IMG/VR virus record: IMGVR_UViG_3300010365_001171
Coordinates: 21,118 to 85,117 of that record
Origin: a virus
Taxonomy: Duplodnaviria; Caudoviricetes
DNA length: 64,000 bases
Direction: 5' to 3' (one strand)
Shown here piece by piece: positions 6,654-16,727 of the stretch. The translations under genes were made by a program, and so were the position numbers. Every line of letters begins with the position of its first letter. The first letter of the stretch is position 1. The notes under the pieces were generated by a model. That model worked only from the letters and a program-made list of their open reading frames with translations, did no database searches and was not told the origin of the DNA.

Positions 6654-9575
6654 TGTTTTTAGATTCTAAAAACTATGAAAGCTTAAAAAGGGATATGTTT
6701 AACGACATATCCCTTTTAACTTTTATACCATTAGATATAGAAACAACAGGTTTAAATTGTTGGTTTCATAAACCTTTGTTACTGATAATAAAAGGAGATA
6801 AACAAACATGGGTTTTAGATCTTAGAACAATTCCTAAAAAACAAATCTCTTCGTTATTAAAATATATTGGTACTGAAAAAACAATAGTAGGACATAACTT
6901 AAAGTTTGACTGTAAATTTCTAACATATCATTACAATGTAAAATTTAAAAGCGTTTTTTGTACCTATGTAAACAGCAGATTAATTTGGAATGGTATAAAA
7001 AGTAAAAAATACTCATTAAAATATTTAACTGAATTTTATATAGGAGAAATTTTAGATAAAGAAGTTAGAAACTCTTTTATAAACAAACCTGATGACTCTC
7101 CATTCACTGAAGAAGAGATAGTTTATGCTGAGGGAGATGTAAAATATTTGCTAGACATAAAACTTAAAATAGAAGAGTGCCTAGTAAAATATAATATGGA
7201 GTTTTTATCTGAATTAGAAAATAAGTTTTTACTTTGTCTTGTACAAATGGAATTAGAAGGTGTAAAAATAGATCATGAAAAATGGACTAAAAATATACAG
7301 GATTGGGAAGCAGAGCGTTTAAATATGATATCTAATTTAGATAAAGAATTATTTAATTTGTCTAAAAAATTTAAAGCTCTTTCTTATGCTTCTTTTGACG
7401 TAAAGGTAGACGAAGACCGTTTAAAGGTAACACAGAAAAATTTATTTTTTGACGATACAATTATAGACATTGAAAAAAAAGCTAGAATAAATTGGTCTTC
7501 CCCAACTCAAATTAAACAAATAGCTTATTATTGTCAGATTTTTCTAGACAGTACAGGAGAGGATGCCTTATTAGAGTATAATAAAAAAAACATAGGGAAT
7601 CCTTTAGAACACCTATTTGAATTATTAGTTGGAGATGGAAATAAAGTAAAAGGTCTTAGACAAATTGAAAAATTACTTTCTACTTATGGAGAAACATTTT
7701 TTAAAATTGAAAATAGTATTACTGGAAAAATTCACACCAGTTTTAGTCAAGTAAATACTGAAACAGGTAGACTTAGTTCAGGAGATACTAAATCTGATGG
7801 TAAAAAAATGAATTGGGGAGTTAACCTTCAAAATATTCCGGCCGATAATAAAATTAGAAACTGCTTTATCCCTGATGAAGGTTATTTATTTTGTAGTTCA
7901 GATTTAAGTGGTAAAAATAAAAATTGATAGTATCAAAAATATTTCATATATTGAAATAAAAGGATACTATGTACGAATTGCATCAAGACATTAAAAATTT
8001 ATACGAATCAGGTTTATATCCTGTTGATATAGCTAAAAAACTAAACAAACATTTAACTTCTGTTAAAAGAATTTTAATTAAATATTATAAAGAATTACGA
8101 GTTGAATCTAAAAGTTCAATAAATAATATTTTATTTGAAAATCTGAAAAATAGAGATGTTAATTATTTTTTAGGCTTATTAGCTACTGATGGTTGTATAG
8201 TTAATTCACGTATAACTTTATCTTTACATGAAAAAGATTTAGATATAATTGTTAAGTACAAAGATTTTTTAAAAACAAAAAATAAAATAGCTTATCAAAA
8301 ACATACTAAATTCAATTCAACACAAGTAAGAATAAGTGTTAGAAATAAAACTGTAACACAAAGATTAATTTCTTATGGTATTACAAGTAAAAAAAGTGAA
8401 ACATTATGTTTGAGTATTCCAATAACATGGGATATGTTTAGAGGGTTTGTTGATGGAGATGGATCAATTTCAGGTATTAATAAAAATAAAGGTTGTAGAA
8501 TTCAAATAGCTACAATTTCCGAAAAGTTTAAAGATCAAATCCAAGAATTTTTAAAATTAAATAAAATTGATTTTAAAACGTACAAATCTAAAAATATTTA
8601 TCAAATAACTATACATAAAGACTCAGAAGTATTAAAATGTTTTGATAACATGTACAAAGACACTGAAACTTATATAAAAAGAAAGTTTCATAGCGCCACA
8701 CTTTATAGAAATATATTGGAAAATAAACCACTTAAATTCAGGGAAAACGTGTCGACAACCCTGAGCGAAATCTATTGACCTTTAAGGTAAATTAAACAAA
8801 TAGAGACGTGCAGAGACTATAATAGTGGGGACTTAACCATTTTATGGAAAGTTCAAGGGATAGTCCAAATAGAATAAAACTATAGGCAGAGATACGTGTA
8901 GCAGCTTCTGATTCACAAGAATCAGTATTAATTAAAGGATTTTCAGAAGGATTAGATTTCCATAGTGTATTAGCACAGGTATCTTTTAGAATTATTTTAA
9001 ACGACCCCGATTTAATTGTTACCAGCGAAATAAATAAACAATATAGAACAGCCCATAAAGCTGTCTTATTTGGTTATATTTACGGCGGCGGACCACAAAG
9101 AATTAGCCAAATTTTAAATATTCCGATAGAAACAGCAAAGCTAGTATATATGCAACTTAAAAAAACATTACCAACTTTAGACCGTTATTTAACTGATAGT
9201 GCAAAATTTGCAACAAAAAATTATTACATAAATGGGTCAAAAAGAACAAATAGAAGAAGATGGTTTTCTGACTTTTTTGAAGGTAAGATGGAGGCGCATG
9301 AGGTAGAAAGACAAGCTAAAAATATGCCTGTGCAAGCAACCAATGCAGATATGATTAAAGAAGCAATTATAGAAGTTATAGAATATTTTGAATCAATAGG
9401 AAATATTGCTAAACTTTTATTCACTGTACATGATGAATTAGATTTTGTTATACCAATAGGAAGGCAAGACATTGCAGAAAATGTAAAAAATATTATGGAG
9501 AACGTAGGAAATAAATATTTAACAAATGTAAAAATGGTTTCAGATTTAACAATAGACACATGCTGGAAGAAATAA
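6653..9575 (+). CDS. polA: DNA polymerase family A with 3'-5' exonuclease, intron-split (exons 6653-7912 and 8886-9575, 649 aa spliced)
   Basis: Exonuclease motifs LDIETTG, GHNLKFD and YAEGDV; TETGRLSS; NLQNIP. Spliced motif A reads SDLSG-AEIRVAA, motif B RTAHKAVLFGYIYG, motif C TVHDEL. Confidence 0.93.
7923..7954 (+). promoter_or_regulatory. Putative internal promoter for the intron ORF (ATTG-N20-TATATTGA)
   Basis: ATTG 7923-7926, 20 nt, TATATTGA 7947-7954, 14 nt before the ATG at 7969. Confidence 0.5.
7969..8778 (+). CDS. Intron-encoded LAGLIDADG homing endonuclease with N-terminal HTH
   Basis: Two LAGLIDADG-like helices, YFLGLLATDGCI and MFRGFVDGDGSI; N-terminal IKNLYESGLYPVDIAKKL. Confidence 0.88.
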   Translation: MYELHQDIKNLYESGLYPVDIAKKLNKHLTSVKRILIKYYKELRVESKSSINNILFENLKNRDVNYFLGLLATDGCIVNSRITLSLHEKDLDIIVKYKDFLKTKNKIAYQKHTKFNSTQVRISVRNKTVTQRLISYGITSKKSETLCLSIPITWDMFRGFVDGDGSISGINKNKGCRIQIATISEKFKDQIQEFLKLNKIDFKTYKSKNIYQITIHKDSEVLKCFDNMYKDTETYIKRKFHSATLYRNILENKPLKFRENVSTTLSEIY

Positions 9576-10183
9576 AGCCAACTCTTAGTATATATGCAGA
9601 TTTTCCTCTACATTTACAGGAGTTAATTAAAGAAGAAGTAAAAAATCAAGGAAATTCTTTTAACCCTAGATCAAGTAAGTCATCATCAAACGGGTTTCAT
9701 TGGGCCTCCTCTATAATGGGGCCTGATTTTTGGGGTAGTATTTTAGAATACGGAAATATGGATAGACATATTTTTAAAGGGTCTATGACCATAGAAAAGT
9801 TAGGAGGTTTTAAAAATAACGGGTACGTTATACATGTATGTACTTCACCTGTAATACGCAGTTTAGGTGATTTATTTAGTTTAGAACTTTCAATTTTTAA
9901 TAATTATCTAAACAATTTACATTTTCATCCAATAAATTTGGCTGAACTAGTAAGGTTACAAACATACAAAGAAGGTTATTTTGATTTTTTTTGTATAAAA
10001 AATTTTTATTTAATTGTAAAATTCCCATTAAAAATTTTGTTAAGAAAGTTTTACGAACACTTCAACAAAGATTTTGATATTATAGATATAAAAACACTTA
10101 ACAAAAGGGAGCTAGTTATATATTTTTCGATATTGTTTAACTTAAAATTTATAAAGAAACACCCCATAAATGGATATTTTTAA
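9560..10183 (+). CDS. Hypothetical protein
   Basis: 207-aa ORF overlapping polA and nrdB, consistent with operon packing. Confidence 0.65.
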   Translation: MLEEIKPTLSIYADFPLHLQELIKEEVKNQGNSFNPRSSKSSSNGFHWASSIMGPDFWGSILEYGNMDRHIFKGSMTIEKLGGFKNNGYVIHVCTSPVIRSLGDLFSLELSIFNNYLNNLHFHPINLAELVRLQTYKEGYFDFFCIKNFYLIVKFPLKILLRKFYEHFNKDFDIIDIKTLNKRELVIYFSILFNLKFIKKHPINGYF

Positions 10184-11114
10184 AAAAAGAGTAAATTATA
10201 AACCATTTGAGTACCCGGAAGTAGTTAATTTTACAGACGCAATAGACAAATCTTTTTGGACTGTAACAGAACTAAACTTTACTGCTGATATTCAAGACTT
10301 CCACAGTAATTTAAGTTTAATTGAAAAAGAAGCTGTAAAAAGATCATTATTAGGAATATCTCAAATTGAAGTAGGAGTAAAAACTTTTTGGGGAAATCTT
10401 TACAGTATACTTCCAAAGCCAGAATTCAACGGTTTAGGAAGTACTTTTGCCCACAATGAGTGGATACACTCTCAAGCTTATGCAAAATTAAATGAGTTAC
10501 TAGGTTATAATGATGAATATGAGAAAATAATTAAATTAAAAGTTTTTCAAGATAAGTTAAATGCTATAGAAGAAAACATGTCTAGTAAAGATATTGTTAG
10601 CAAAATATTGTTTTTTATTCTTATTATTGAGAACTGTAGTTTATTTTCACAATTTGCTATAATTTTAGCTTTTACTCGTTTTAAAGGTTTAATGAAAAAC
10701 GTAAGTAATGTCATTGCTTGGACAAGCGTTGATGAAGAACTTCACGCAAGCGCAGGAATATACATTTTAAATAAACTAAAAGAAGAAGGTCATGAAATTA
10801 ATATTGAATTTGTTTACGCTACAATTAAAGAATATTTAAAATTAGAAGAGAATCTTTTAGATTGGATATTTGAATTGGGAGAATTTGAATTTTTTAGTAA
10901 AAAGAATTTATTAGATTTCATGAAAGGTAGACTAGATGATGCTTTAGTTAAATTAAATATACCTAAATTATTTAATGTTGCTAACGAAGATTTATATCCT
11001 ATGAAATGGTTTAATGAAGAAATTTATTCAAACGCAATGGATGATTTTTTCGCGAAAAGACCCACAGATTACACAAAACATGACAAATCAATAAGTCCCG
11101 AAGACTTGTTTTAA
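10170..11114 (+). CDS. nrdB: Ribonucleotide reductase class I small (beta) subunit
   Basis: YKPFEYP, FWTVTEL, SQIEVGV, NEWIHSQAY, IENCSLFSQF and VDEELHA di-metal ligands; DDFFAKRPTDY C-terminus. Confidence 0.95.
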   Translation: MDIFKKRVNYKPFEYPEVVNFTDAIDKSFWTVTELNFTADIQDFHSNLSLIEKEAVKRSLLGISQIEVGVKTFWGNLYSILPKPEFNGLGSTFAHNEWIHSQAYAKLNELLGYNDEYEKIIKLKVFQDKLNAIEENMSSKDIVSKILFFILIIENCSLFSQFAIILAFTRFKGLMKNVSNVIAWTSVDEELHASAGIYILNKLKEEGHEINIEFVYATIKEYLKLEENLLDWIFELGEFEFFSKKNLLDFMKGRLDDALVKLNIPKLFNVANEDLYPMKWFNEEIYSNAMDDFFAKRPTDYTKHDKSISPEDLF

Positions 11115-11126
11115 AACAATTTAAAT

Positions 11127-13214
11127 ATGGAAAATACAAATTTTTGGTGGCTCAATGAAGAGAGTGAGCAGATACTAAATCGAGGATACTTATTAAAAGG
11201 GGAATCAACAGAAGGCGCTGTAGATCGTATAACTAAGGCAGCTGCAAATCGTCTTAAAATGCCTCAATTAGCAGAAAAGTTTAAAGACTTGATAGCTAAG
11301 GGTTGGATGAGTTTAAGCTCTCCAATTTGGGCTAATATGGGCACAGAAAGAGGATTACCTATAAGCTGTTTTAATGTACATTTACCAGATGGAATTGAAG
11401 AAATAACACATAAGTTAGGAGAGGTTATTATGCAAACCAAAATTGGTGGAGGAACATCTGGCTACTTTGGTGAATTAAGATCTCGTGGTAGCACTGTTAC
11501 TGATAACGGTAAAAGTAGCGGTGCGGTTAGCTTTATGAAGCTTTTCGACACGGCAATGGACACTATTTCTCAAGGTGGCGTTCGCAGAGGCGCTTTTGCA
11601 GCTTATTTAGATGTAGAACATACTGACATTGAAGAATTTTTAGAAATTAAAAATGTTGGAAACCCTATACAAAATTTATTTACAGGGGTATGTGTTACAG
11701 ATCTTTGGATGCAGGAAATGATCGAAGGAGACAGAGAAAAAAGAATTGTTTGGTCTAAAATTCTGGAATCAAGACAACAAAAAGGAACTCCTTACATTTT
11801 CTTTACTGATAATGTAAATAGAAACAAACCTAAAATTTATAAGGATTTAAATTTACAGATTAATTCCTCTAATCTATGTGTTGCTCCCTATACCGAAATT
11901 CTTACCGATAAAGGAGAGTTTCATATTGAAAAATTAGAAGGGCAAGATATTAAAGTATGGAACGGAGAGGAATTTTCAAATACTAAAGTATTCAAGACTG
12001 GAGAAAATCAAAAGTTAACAAGAGTTGAGGTAGAAGTTACTTATTTAGATAAATCTACAGAAACTAAACGACTGGACTGCACAGAGTATCATAAATGGTA
12101 TGATATTAATGGTGATCAAATTATAACTAAAGATATAGAAATTGGACAAGAGTTGCTTACATGGGAAACTCCTGATTCTGTAGTAGTTAAAGCTGTTGTT
12201 ATTAATATACAATCTCTTCCAGATCTTTCTGATACTTATTGTTTTACAGAACCTAAGAGAAATATGGGAATGTTTAATGGATTACTAACTGGGCAGTGCT
12301 CTGAAATAGCCCTTCCATCTACTAAAGACGAATCTTTTATTTGTTGCCTATCTTCTATGAACTTGGAATTGTATGACGAATGGAAAGATACAGACGCAGT
12401 AGAAACAGCAATCTTCTTTTTAGACGCTGTGTTAGAGGAATTTATTGCTAAAACAGAAGGTAATTATTATCTTACTAACGCAAGAAATTTTGCAATTAGG
12501 CACAGAGCTATAGGTTTGGGAGCACTCGGATGGCACTCTTATCTACAAAAAAACATGCTCCCTTTTGAGGGTATGAAGTCCAAACAACTTACAAATAGTA
12601 TTTTTAAAAACATAAGTGAAAAAGCCCATGAAGCCTCTGTAAAACTTGCAGAACTGTTTGGTACAGCTCCCATCTTTAAAGACGCTAAAGAGGGCACTAA
12701 AGGCCGCAGAAATACTACTCTACTTGCAATCGCCCCTACCACATCGAGTTCAGCAATTCTTGGACAGGCCTCTCCGGGTATTGAACCCTTCAGCAGCAAT
12801 TATTTTAAAGCTGGATTAGCTAAAGGTAACTTTATGCGAAAAAATAAATATCTAGAAATAATTTTAGAAGAAAAAGGTTATAATAATGAAGATGTTTGGA
12901 GAACTATTATGATGGATAGTGGTTCTGTAAACAAATTAGACTTTTTAACAAAAGAGGAAAAAGATGTTTTTAAAACCTTTAAAGAAATCAGTCAGTTGGA
13001 GATCATCCAACAAGCCTCCATTAGACAGAAATTTATAGATCAAGCACAAAGTTTAAATTTAAATATACCTTCTACTATGGAAGTAAAAGATGTAAATAAA
13101 TTAATTATTGAAGCTTGGTCATTAGGAATTAAAACTCTTTATTATCAAAGAAGTCAAAGTGTAGCGAAAGAAATGGTAAATAATTTAGTAACTTGTGCAT
13201 CCTGTGAATCATGA
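11127..13214 (+). CDS. nrdA: Ribonucleotide reductase class I large (alpha) subunit containing a mini-intein
   Basis: SLSSPIWAN, GLPISCF, GGGTSG, SNL-C...CSEI after intein removal, AIAPTTSSS, and C-terminal CASCES. Confidence 0.95.
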   Translation: MENTNFWWLNEESEQILNRGYLLKGESTEGAVDRITKAAANRLKMPQLAEKFKDLIAKGWMSLSSPIWANMGTERGLPISCFNVHLPDGIEEITHKLGEVIMQTKIGGGTSGYFGELRSRGSTVTDNGKSSGAVSFMKLFDTAMDTISQGGVRRGAFAAYLDVEHTDIEEFLEIKNVGNPIQNLFTGVCVTDLWMQEMIEGDREKRIVWSKILESRQQKGTPYIFFTDNVNRNKPKIYKDLNLQINSSNLCVAPYTEILTDKGEFHIEKLEGQDIKVWNGEEFSNTKVFKTGENQKLTRVEVEVTYLDKSTETKRLDCTEYHKWYDINGDQIITKDIEIGQELLTWETPDSVVVKAVVINIQSLPDLSDTYCFTEPKRNMGMFNGLLTGQCSEIALPSTKDESFICCLSSMNLELYDEWKDTDAVETAIFFLDAVLEEFIAKTEGNYYLTNARNFAIRHRAIGLGALGWHSYLQKNMLPFEGMKSKQLTNSIFKNISEKAHEASVKLAELFGTAPIFKDAKEGTKGRRNTTLLAIAPTTSSSAILGQASPGIEPFSSNYFKAGLAKGNFMRKNKYLEIILEEKGYNNEDVWRTIMMDSGSVNKLDFLTKEEKDVFKTFKEISQLEIIQQASIRQKFIDQAQSLNLNIPSTMEVKDVNKLIIEAWSLGIKTLYYQRSQSVAKEMVNNLVTCASCES
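11877..12296 (+). mobile_element. Mini-intein (140 aa, no endonuclease) at the catalytic N-L-C-x-E site, ending in Gly-Gln
   Basis: Begins CVAPYTEILTDKG; contains a CTEYHKW block B and DTYCFTEPKRNMGMFNGLLTGQ blocks F/G; next residue is Cys. Excision gives SSNL-CSEI. Confidence 0.92.
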
Positions 13215-13780
13215 CGATAAATATTAAAGAAAAAACTAAAGAGGAAGTTGATACACCATTAAGAATTATTTATTCTGGTAATATTAACACAGGACTTGAA
13301 ATTTATGAAGAGTTTTTTAAATTACATAAAAAAGCGAGTAAAAGAAACCTTTTATTAAAATCTTTAGACCCTGATAAAGTAGATATAAAAAGTATTACTG
13401 AAGATTGTTTTTTTACTGTGTCCGATACAGGCTTTAAAAAAGATAAACAATTAACAGAGTTAGAATTTTTTGGAGGAAAATTTTTTTATATTACGGAAAC
13501 AGTTAAAAGTTTAGCATGTAGTGTATATTTAGAAGATTTTCAATTAGAAGCTTTTGGTAAAATTGTAAACACTGCTTTAGATGGGGATATAATTTTAAAT
13601 TGTAATAATGAAATTATTAAAGTTCCTTCAATATACATTTGGGATGTAAGAGATAAAACAGAACAACCTTCTCGATTATTAGAAAAATCTACTATTTTTT
13701 TATCTACAAAGATGAGTTTTATAAAAAAAAAGAAATTGTTAAATAATTTTTATTACGATAATATAAGTGCTAAATATTAA
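13211..13780 (+). CDS. Hypothetical protein
   Basis: 189-aa ORF with ATGA overlap with nrdA. Confidence 0.65.
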   Translation: MTINIKEKTKEEVDTPLRIIYSGNINTGLEIYEEFFKLHKKASKRNLLLKSLDPDKVDIKSITEDCFFTVSDTGFKKDKQLTELEFFGGKFFYITETVKSLACSVYLEDFQLEAFGKIVNTALDGDIILNCNNEIIKVPSIYIWDVRDKTEQPSRLLEKSTIFLSTKMSFIKKKKLLNNFYYDNISAKY

Positions 13781-14204
13781 ACTTATAAATAAATCAAAAA
13801 ATGTAAATCCTAATTATCAAAGAGAAGGGGATGCAGGGGTTGATTTACATTGTGACTTAGAAACAGAAAAAGTTATTAAGCCTTTTGAAAGAGTTTTAAT
13901 TCCAACAGGTATTTACATCTCTTTACCGGAAAACTATGAAGCGCAAGTTAGGCCTAGAAGCGGTTTAGCAATTAACCACGGAATTACTGTAATTAATTCT
14001 CCAGGAACAATTGACAGTAACTATACAGGGGAAATTAAAATAGGATTAATTAATCTATCTACTACTGATTATACAATTTCTTCGGGAGAGCGGGTAGCTC
14101 AATTAGTTTTTAGTCCAGTAGAAAAAGTTAAATTTATTACAGTAGATGTACTTGAAAGTACTGCTAGAAATGAAAAAGGTTTTGGATCATCAGGAAAATT
14201 TTAA
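13767..14204 (+). CDS. dut: Trimeric dUTPase
   Basis: GDAGVDL, QVRPRSGLA, NSPGTIDSNYTGEI, GERVAQL and RNEKGFGSSG motifs. Confidence 0.96.
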   Translation: MLNIKLINKSKNVNPNYQREGDAGVDLHCDLETEKVIKPFERVLIPTGIYISLPENYEAQVRPRSGLAINHGITVINSPGTIDSNYTGEIKIGLINLSTTDYTISSGERVAQLVFSPVEKVKFITVDVLESTARNEKGFGSSGKF

Positions 14205-14209
14205 ACATT

Positions 14210-14238
14210 ATTGGGGGTACAAAAGCCCCCAATTTTTT
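14210..14238 (+). terminator. Intrinsic terminator after dut
   Basis: ATTGGGGG-TACAAAAG-CCCCCAAT hairpin followed by a T run. Confidence 0.8.
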
Positions 14239-14242
14239 AATT

Positions 14243-14395
14243 ATGACAAAAGAAATAAAAATACAAATAGAGGATGAGGTTACTTTCATTAATATAGAAT
14301 ATCAAAAAGATACTACAGGAAATATCGTGTTGCTTTCTGAAGTACCAGCTAATTTAAAAACCTTAATAATAAAAACCATAGAAAAAGATGACTAG
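14243..14395 (+). CDS. Small hypothetical protein (50 aa), not in the supplied ORF track
   Basis: MTKEIKIQIEDEVTF...KTIEKDD fills the gap between the terminator and the next ORF and overlaps its start. Confidence 0.55.
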   Translation: MTKEIKIQIEDEVTFINIEYQKDTTGNIVLLSEVPANLKTLIIKTIEKDD

Positions 14396-15041
14396 TCAAG
14401 TTTACGGAGTTTTTAAAGCTATAACGATTTCACAGAGATTCGGTGTGCCTTTTATTATTGACGATAACTTTCTAGTTTTTTTAGCATTACAAGAAAGTGT
14501 AAGTTATCGTTTAGATCCTGTACTTATTTTAGAAACAGTAAAAAAGCTATTAAATTTGTACCCTGAAAATACAAGTGAAATAAGATCTTTTTTATTTGAG
14601 GGTATAAAAATAGAGGATTCATTGAATTCAGACTTTTTAGTTTGTTTAATTCCTTTTATAAATGGAGGCTTTTATGGGAAAAAAAATATTTATTATGTCT
14701 TAGAATTAATGGGATACTTAAATCCAGGAAATATTTTAGAAACACAAGATCTTTTATTTATAAAGGAACCAAAAAAATCTGATATAGGTAAAACACCAAG
14801 AGTATTTTTAGAAAGGGCCCTTATTAAAAAAGAGCACACTTCTGAAATTATTTTTAGTATTATCAAAAGAAATGATACTTTAGAAAAAGCTCTTTTAGAT
14901 GTTATAAAATTAAAGTTACCCCCAGAATTTTTTTTTATTTTAGGAGCTTTATATGGCGTGATGTTGTATTATAAACCTGATTTAACGATAGTTTCTAAAA
15001 TATTACCTCAGCATATTTTTAATTCTTTAAAATTAAAATAA
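14388..15041 (+). CDS. Hypothetical protein, possibly a degenerate ADP-ribosylglycohydrolase fold
   Basis: Spacing of YGVFKAITISQRFGVPF, SLNSDFLVCLIP and TLEKALLDVI...ILGALYG echoes ARH/DraG helices, but the catalytic aspartates are absent. Confidence 0.35.
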   Translation: MTSQVYGVFKAITISQRFGVPFIIDDNFLVFLALQESVSYRLDPVLILETVKKLLNLYPENTSEIRSFLFEGIKIEDSLNSDFLVCLIPFINGGFYGKKNIYYVLELMGYLNPGNILETQDLLFIKEPKKSDIGKTPRVFLERALIKKEHTSEIIFSIIKRNDTLEKALLDVIKLKLPPEFFFILGALYGVMLYYKPDLTIVSKILPQHIFNSLKLK

Positions 15042-15475
15042 TGAGACTATTTTTAGATAAGTATTATAGTACAGAAACAATAGCTGATTTATCAAAAAAC
15101 GACACTTTTTTAATAAAAGAAGACAATAAAGTAGTTAAAATTGTTAAAGCTAGTTTATTATACGCAAGTTATCCTTGTGTGAGCTTTACAAAAGGTCACG
15201 AATTATTGGAATACTTTAAAGCTAATTATTTTAGGGTAGATGAAATTTGTCTTTCATACGAATCGGGGTTTAGTGATAAAGAAATACCTAAAACCAGCAT
15301 ACAAAGTCAAAAATTAAAGGCAAAAGTAAGTTTATTGAATGGGCCAAGGATTATTGATATTATATCAAAATTTTGTGAGGAAACTGAAATTATTGCTCCT
15401 ATATTTTATATCCACGAAACTGACTTACTTAGATTAAATTTATTTAATAAAGGAATATGCAAAGAAAAGAAATAA
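15041..15475 (+). CDS. Hypothetical protein
   Basis: 144-aa ORF with a TAATG overlap. Confidence 0.65.
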   Translation: MRLFLDKYYSTETIADLSKNDTFLIKEDNKVVKIVKASLLYASYPCVSFTKGHELLEYFKANYFRVDEICLSYESGFSDKEIPKTSIQSQKLKAKVSLLNGPRIIDIISKFCEETEIIAPIFYIHETDLLRLNLFNKGICKEKK

Positions 15476-15972
15476 AAAAAACAAAGTGTTTAAATACTAG
15501 AATTTGTAGGGCCTGTAATTCTTTTAGAAAGCCTAATTCTGTTTGTAAATGTTTACCAGTTAAAACGAATACTTTACAATCTTTGGATAAAAAACTAATA
15601 AAATTTTTTGTTGATAAAAATTGTATTTATATAGGAGACTTTTCTTGGAAAATCCGAAATAAAAATGTATTTATTAGTTTATTTTACGACACATATAAAG
15701 ATTATTATATAGGAGTTAAACCAGAGTACAGAAAAAACTTTTCCGGTAAAACTATTTTAGTCAAGTATTCTATTTTAAATATAAGAAATGTAGATCACCT
15801 AGTAATTAAATCAATTTTAGTGGAAGAGGAGTATTTAATTTCTTGTGCCTCTATACATAAAAACGTAAAAGGAAAAAATTTTATTACCGGGGGGTTACAA
15901 AAACCACAATCAAACGTAAAGATATTTACAAATTTAGTTTTAGTAGAAGGAAAATTTTATAAAAAATTATGA
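15457..15972 (+). CDS. Hypothetical protein with N-terminal Cys cluster (possible Zn ribbon)
   Basis: CLNTRICRACNSFRKPNSVCKC near the N-terminus. Confidence 0.55.
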   Translation: MQRKEIKKTKCLNTRICRACNSFRKPNSVCKCLPVKTNTLQSLDKKLIKFFVDKNCIYIGDFSWKIRNKNVFISLFYDTYKDYYIGVKPEYRKNFSGKTILVKYSILNIRNVDHLVIKSILVEEEYLISCASIHKNVKGKNFITGGLQKPQSNVKIFTNLVLVEGKFYKKL

Positions 15973-16727
15973 TTATAAAAAAAGATGGCGTAATATTAAA
16001 AACGTATTTAAAATTATTTGCAAAATTTGGATTTGAGCCAGCATTAAAAACCGATATTACAGATACCCCAACAACAACTTACTCAGAATTATTTACTTGG
16101 GCAGAAAATTGCCTTCGTATAGAGATAATAATAGAAAACAGGGTTATAAAAATATATAACACAGATGGTAAATTATTAAAATTAAATACGGTATTAGAAC
16201 ATTCTGAGATGTTACGAAAAACTATGTATACTTTATACGTTTTTATGACTAAGAACATAATAGAGTGTTATAAATCATTTAAATTTTATGGTAAATTTTA
16301 CAAAGATTTTAATTCTACTATTTCTATGTTAAATTATAATTCTAAAGAAGTCTATAAAAGAAAGCTTAACACTAAAAAAGATTTTACTTTTAATGAGGTT
16401 TTATTAGAAGCAACACAAGACTTATTAAACAAATTATTATTTAGAGAATCTGTACAGAGTAGTAATAATACTTTTGCTGATAAAAGTTGTATAAAATTTG
16501 TCCAATCATTAAATGATGCGTGTAATTTTAATTTAACCTCAAATTTTCATGAGGACAAAAAAATTGAAGACACTAAAACAGAGTTTATTAGATTAGAAGC
16601 TCTTTTAAAAAGTCTTAAAGCTGAAAAAGTAAAAGGCCCAGAAAGTATTTTAAAAATAATTAAATCCTTTAAAACATTAACAAAACCAGTAATTTTCAAA
16701 CAAATAAAATTTTATAAAGATGCTTAA
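15969..16727 (+). CDS. Hypothetical protein
   Basis: 252-aa ORF with an ATGA overlap. Confidence 0.65.
   Translation: MIIKKDGVILKTYLKLFAKFGFEPALKTDITDTPTTTYSELFTWAENCLRIEIIIENRVIKIYNTDGKLLKLNTVLEHSEMLRKTMYTLYVFMTKNIIECYKSFKFYGKFYKDFNSTISMLNYNSKEVYKRKLNTKKDFTFNEVLLEATQDLLNKLLFRESVQSSNNTFADKSCIKFVQSLNDACNFNLTSNFHEDKKIEDTKTEFIRLEALLKSLKAEKVKGPESILKIIKSFKTLTKPVIFKQIKFYKDA

Larger units (their letters stand above)
7913..8885 (+). mobile_element. Group I intron in polymerase motif A with LAGLIDADG ORF in the P1 loop
   Basis: 5' exon ends AGUGGU (U at 7912). The guide GCCAC lies at 8695-8699. P3 is CCACU 8728-8732 / AGUGG 8824-8828, P4-like UUCAGGG / CCCUGAG, P7 is GACUA 8815-8819 / UAGUC 8861-8865, and the terminal G is 8885. 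Removal restores motif A in frame. Confidence 0.92.

Noticed and set aside
6653-9575. Truncated polymerase (6653..7927) plus a separate 141-aa ORF (9150..9575)
   Set aside because: Explained by the group I intron 7913-8885; exon 2 begins at 8886, well upstream of the Met at 9150.
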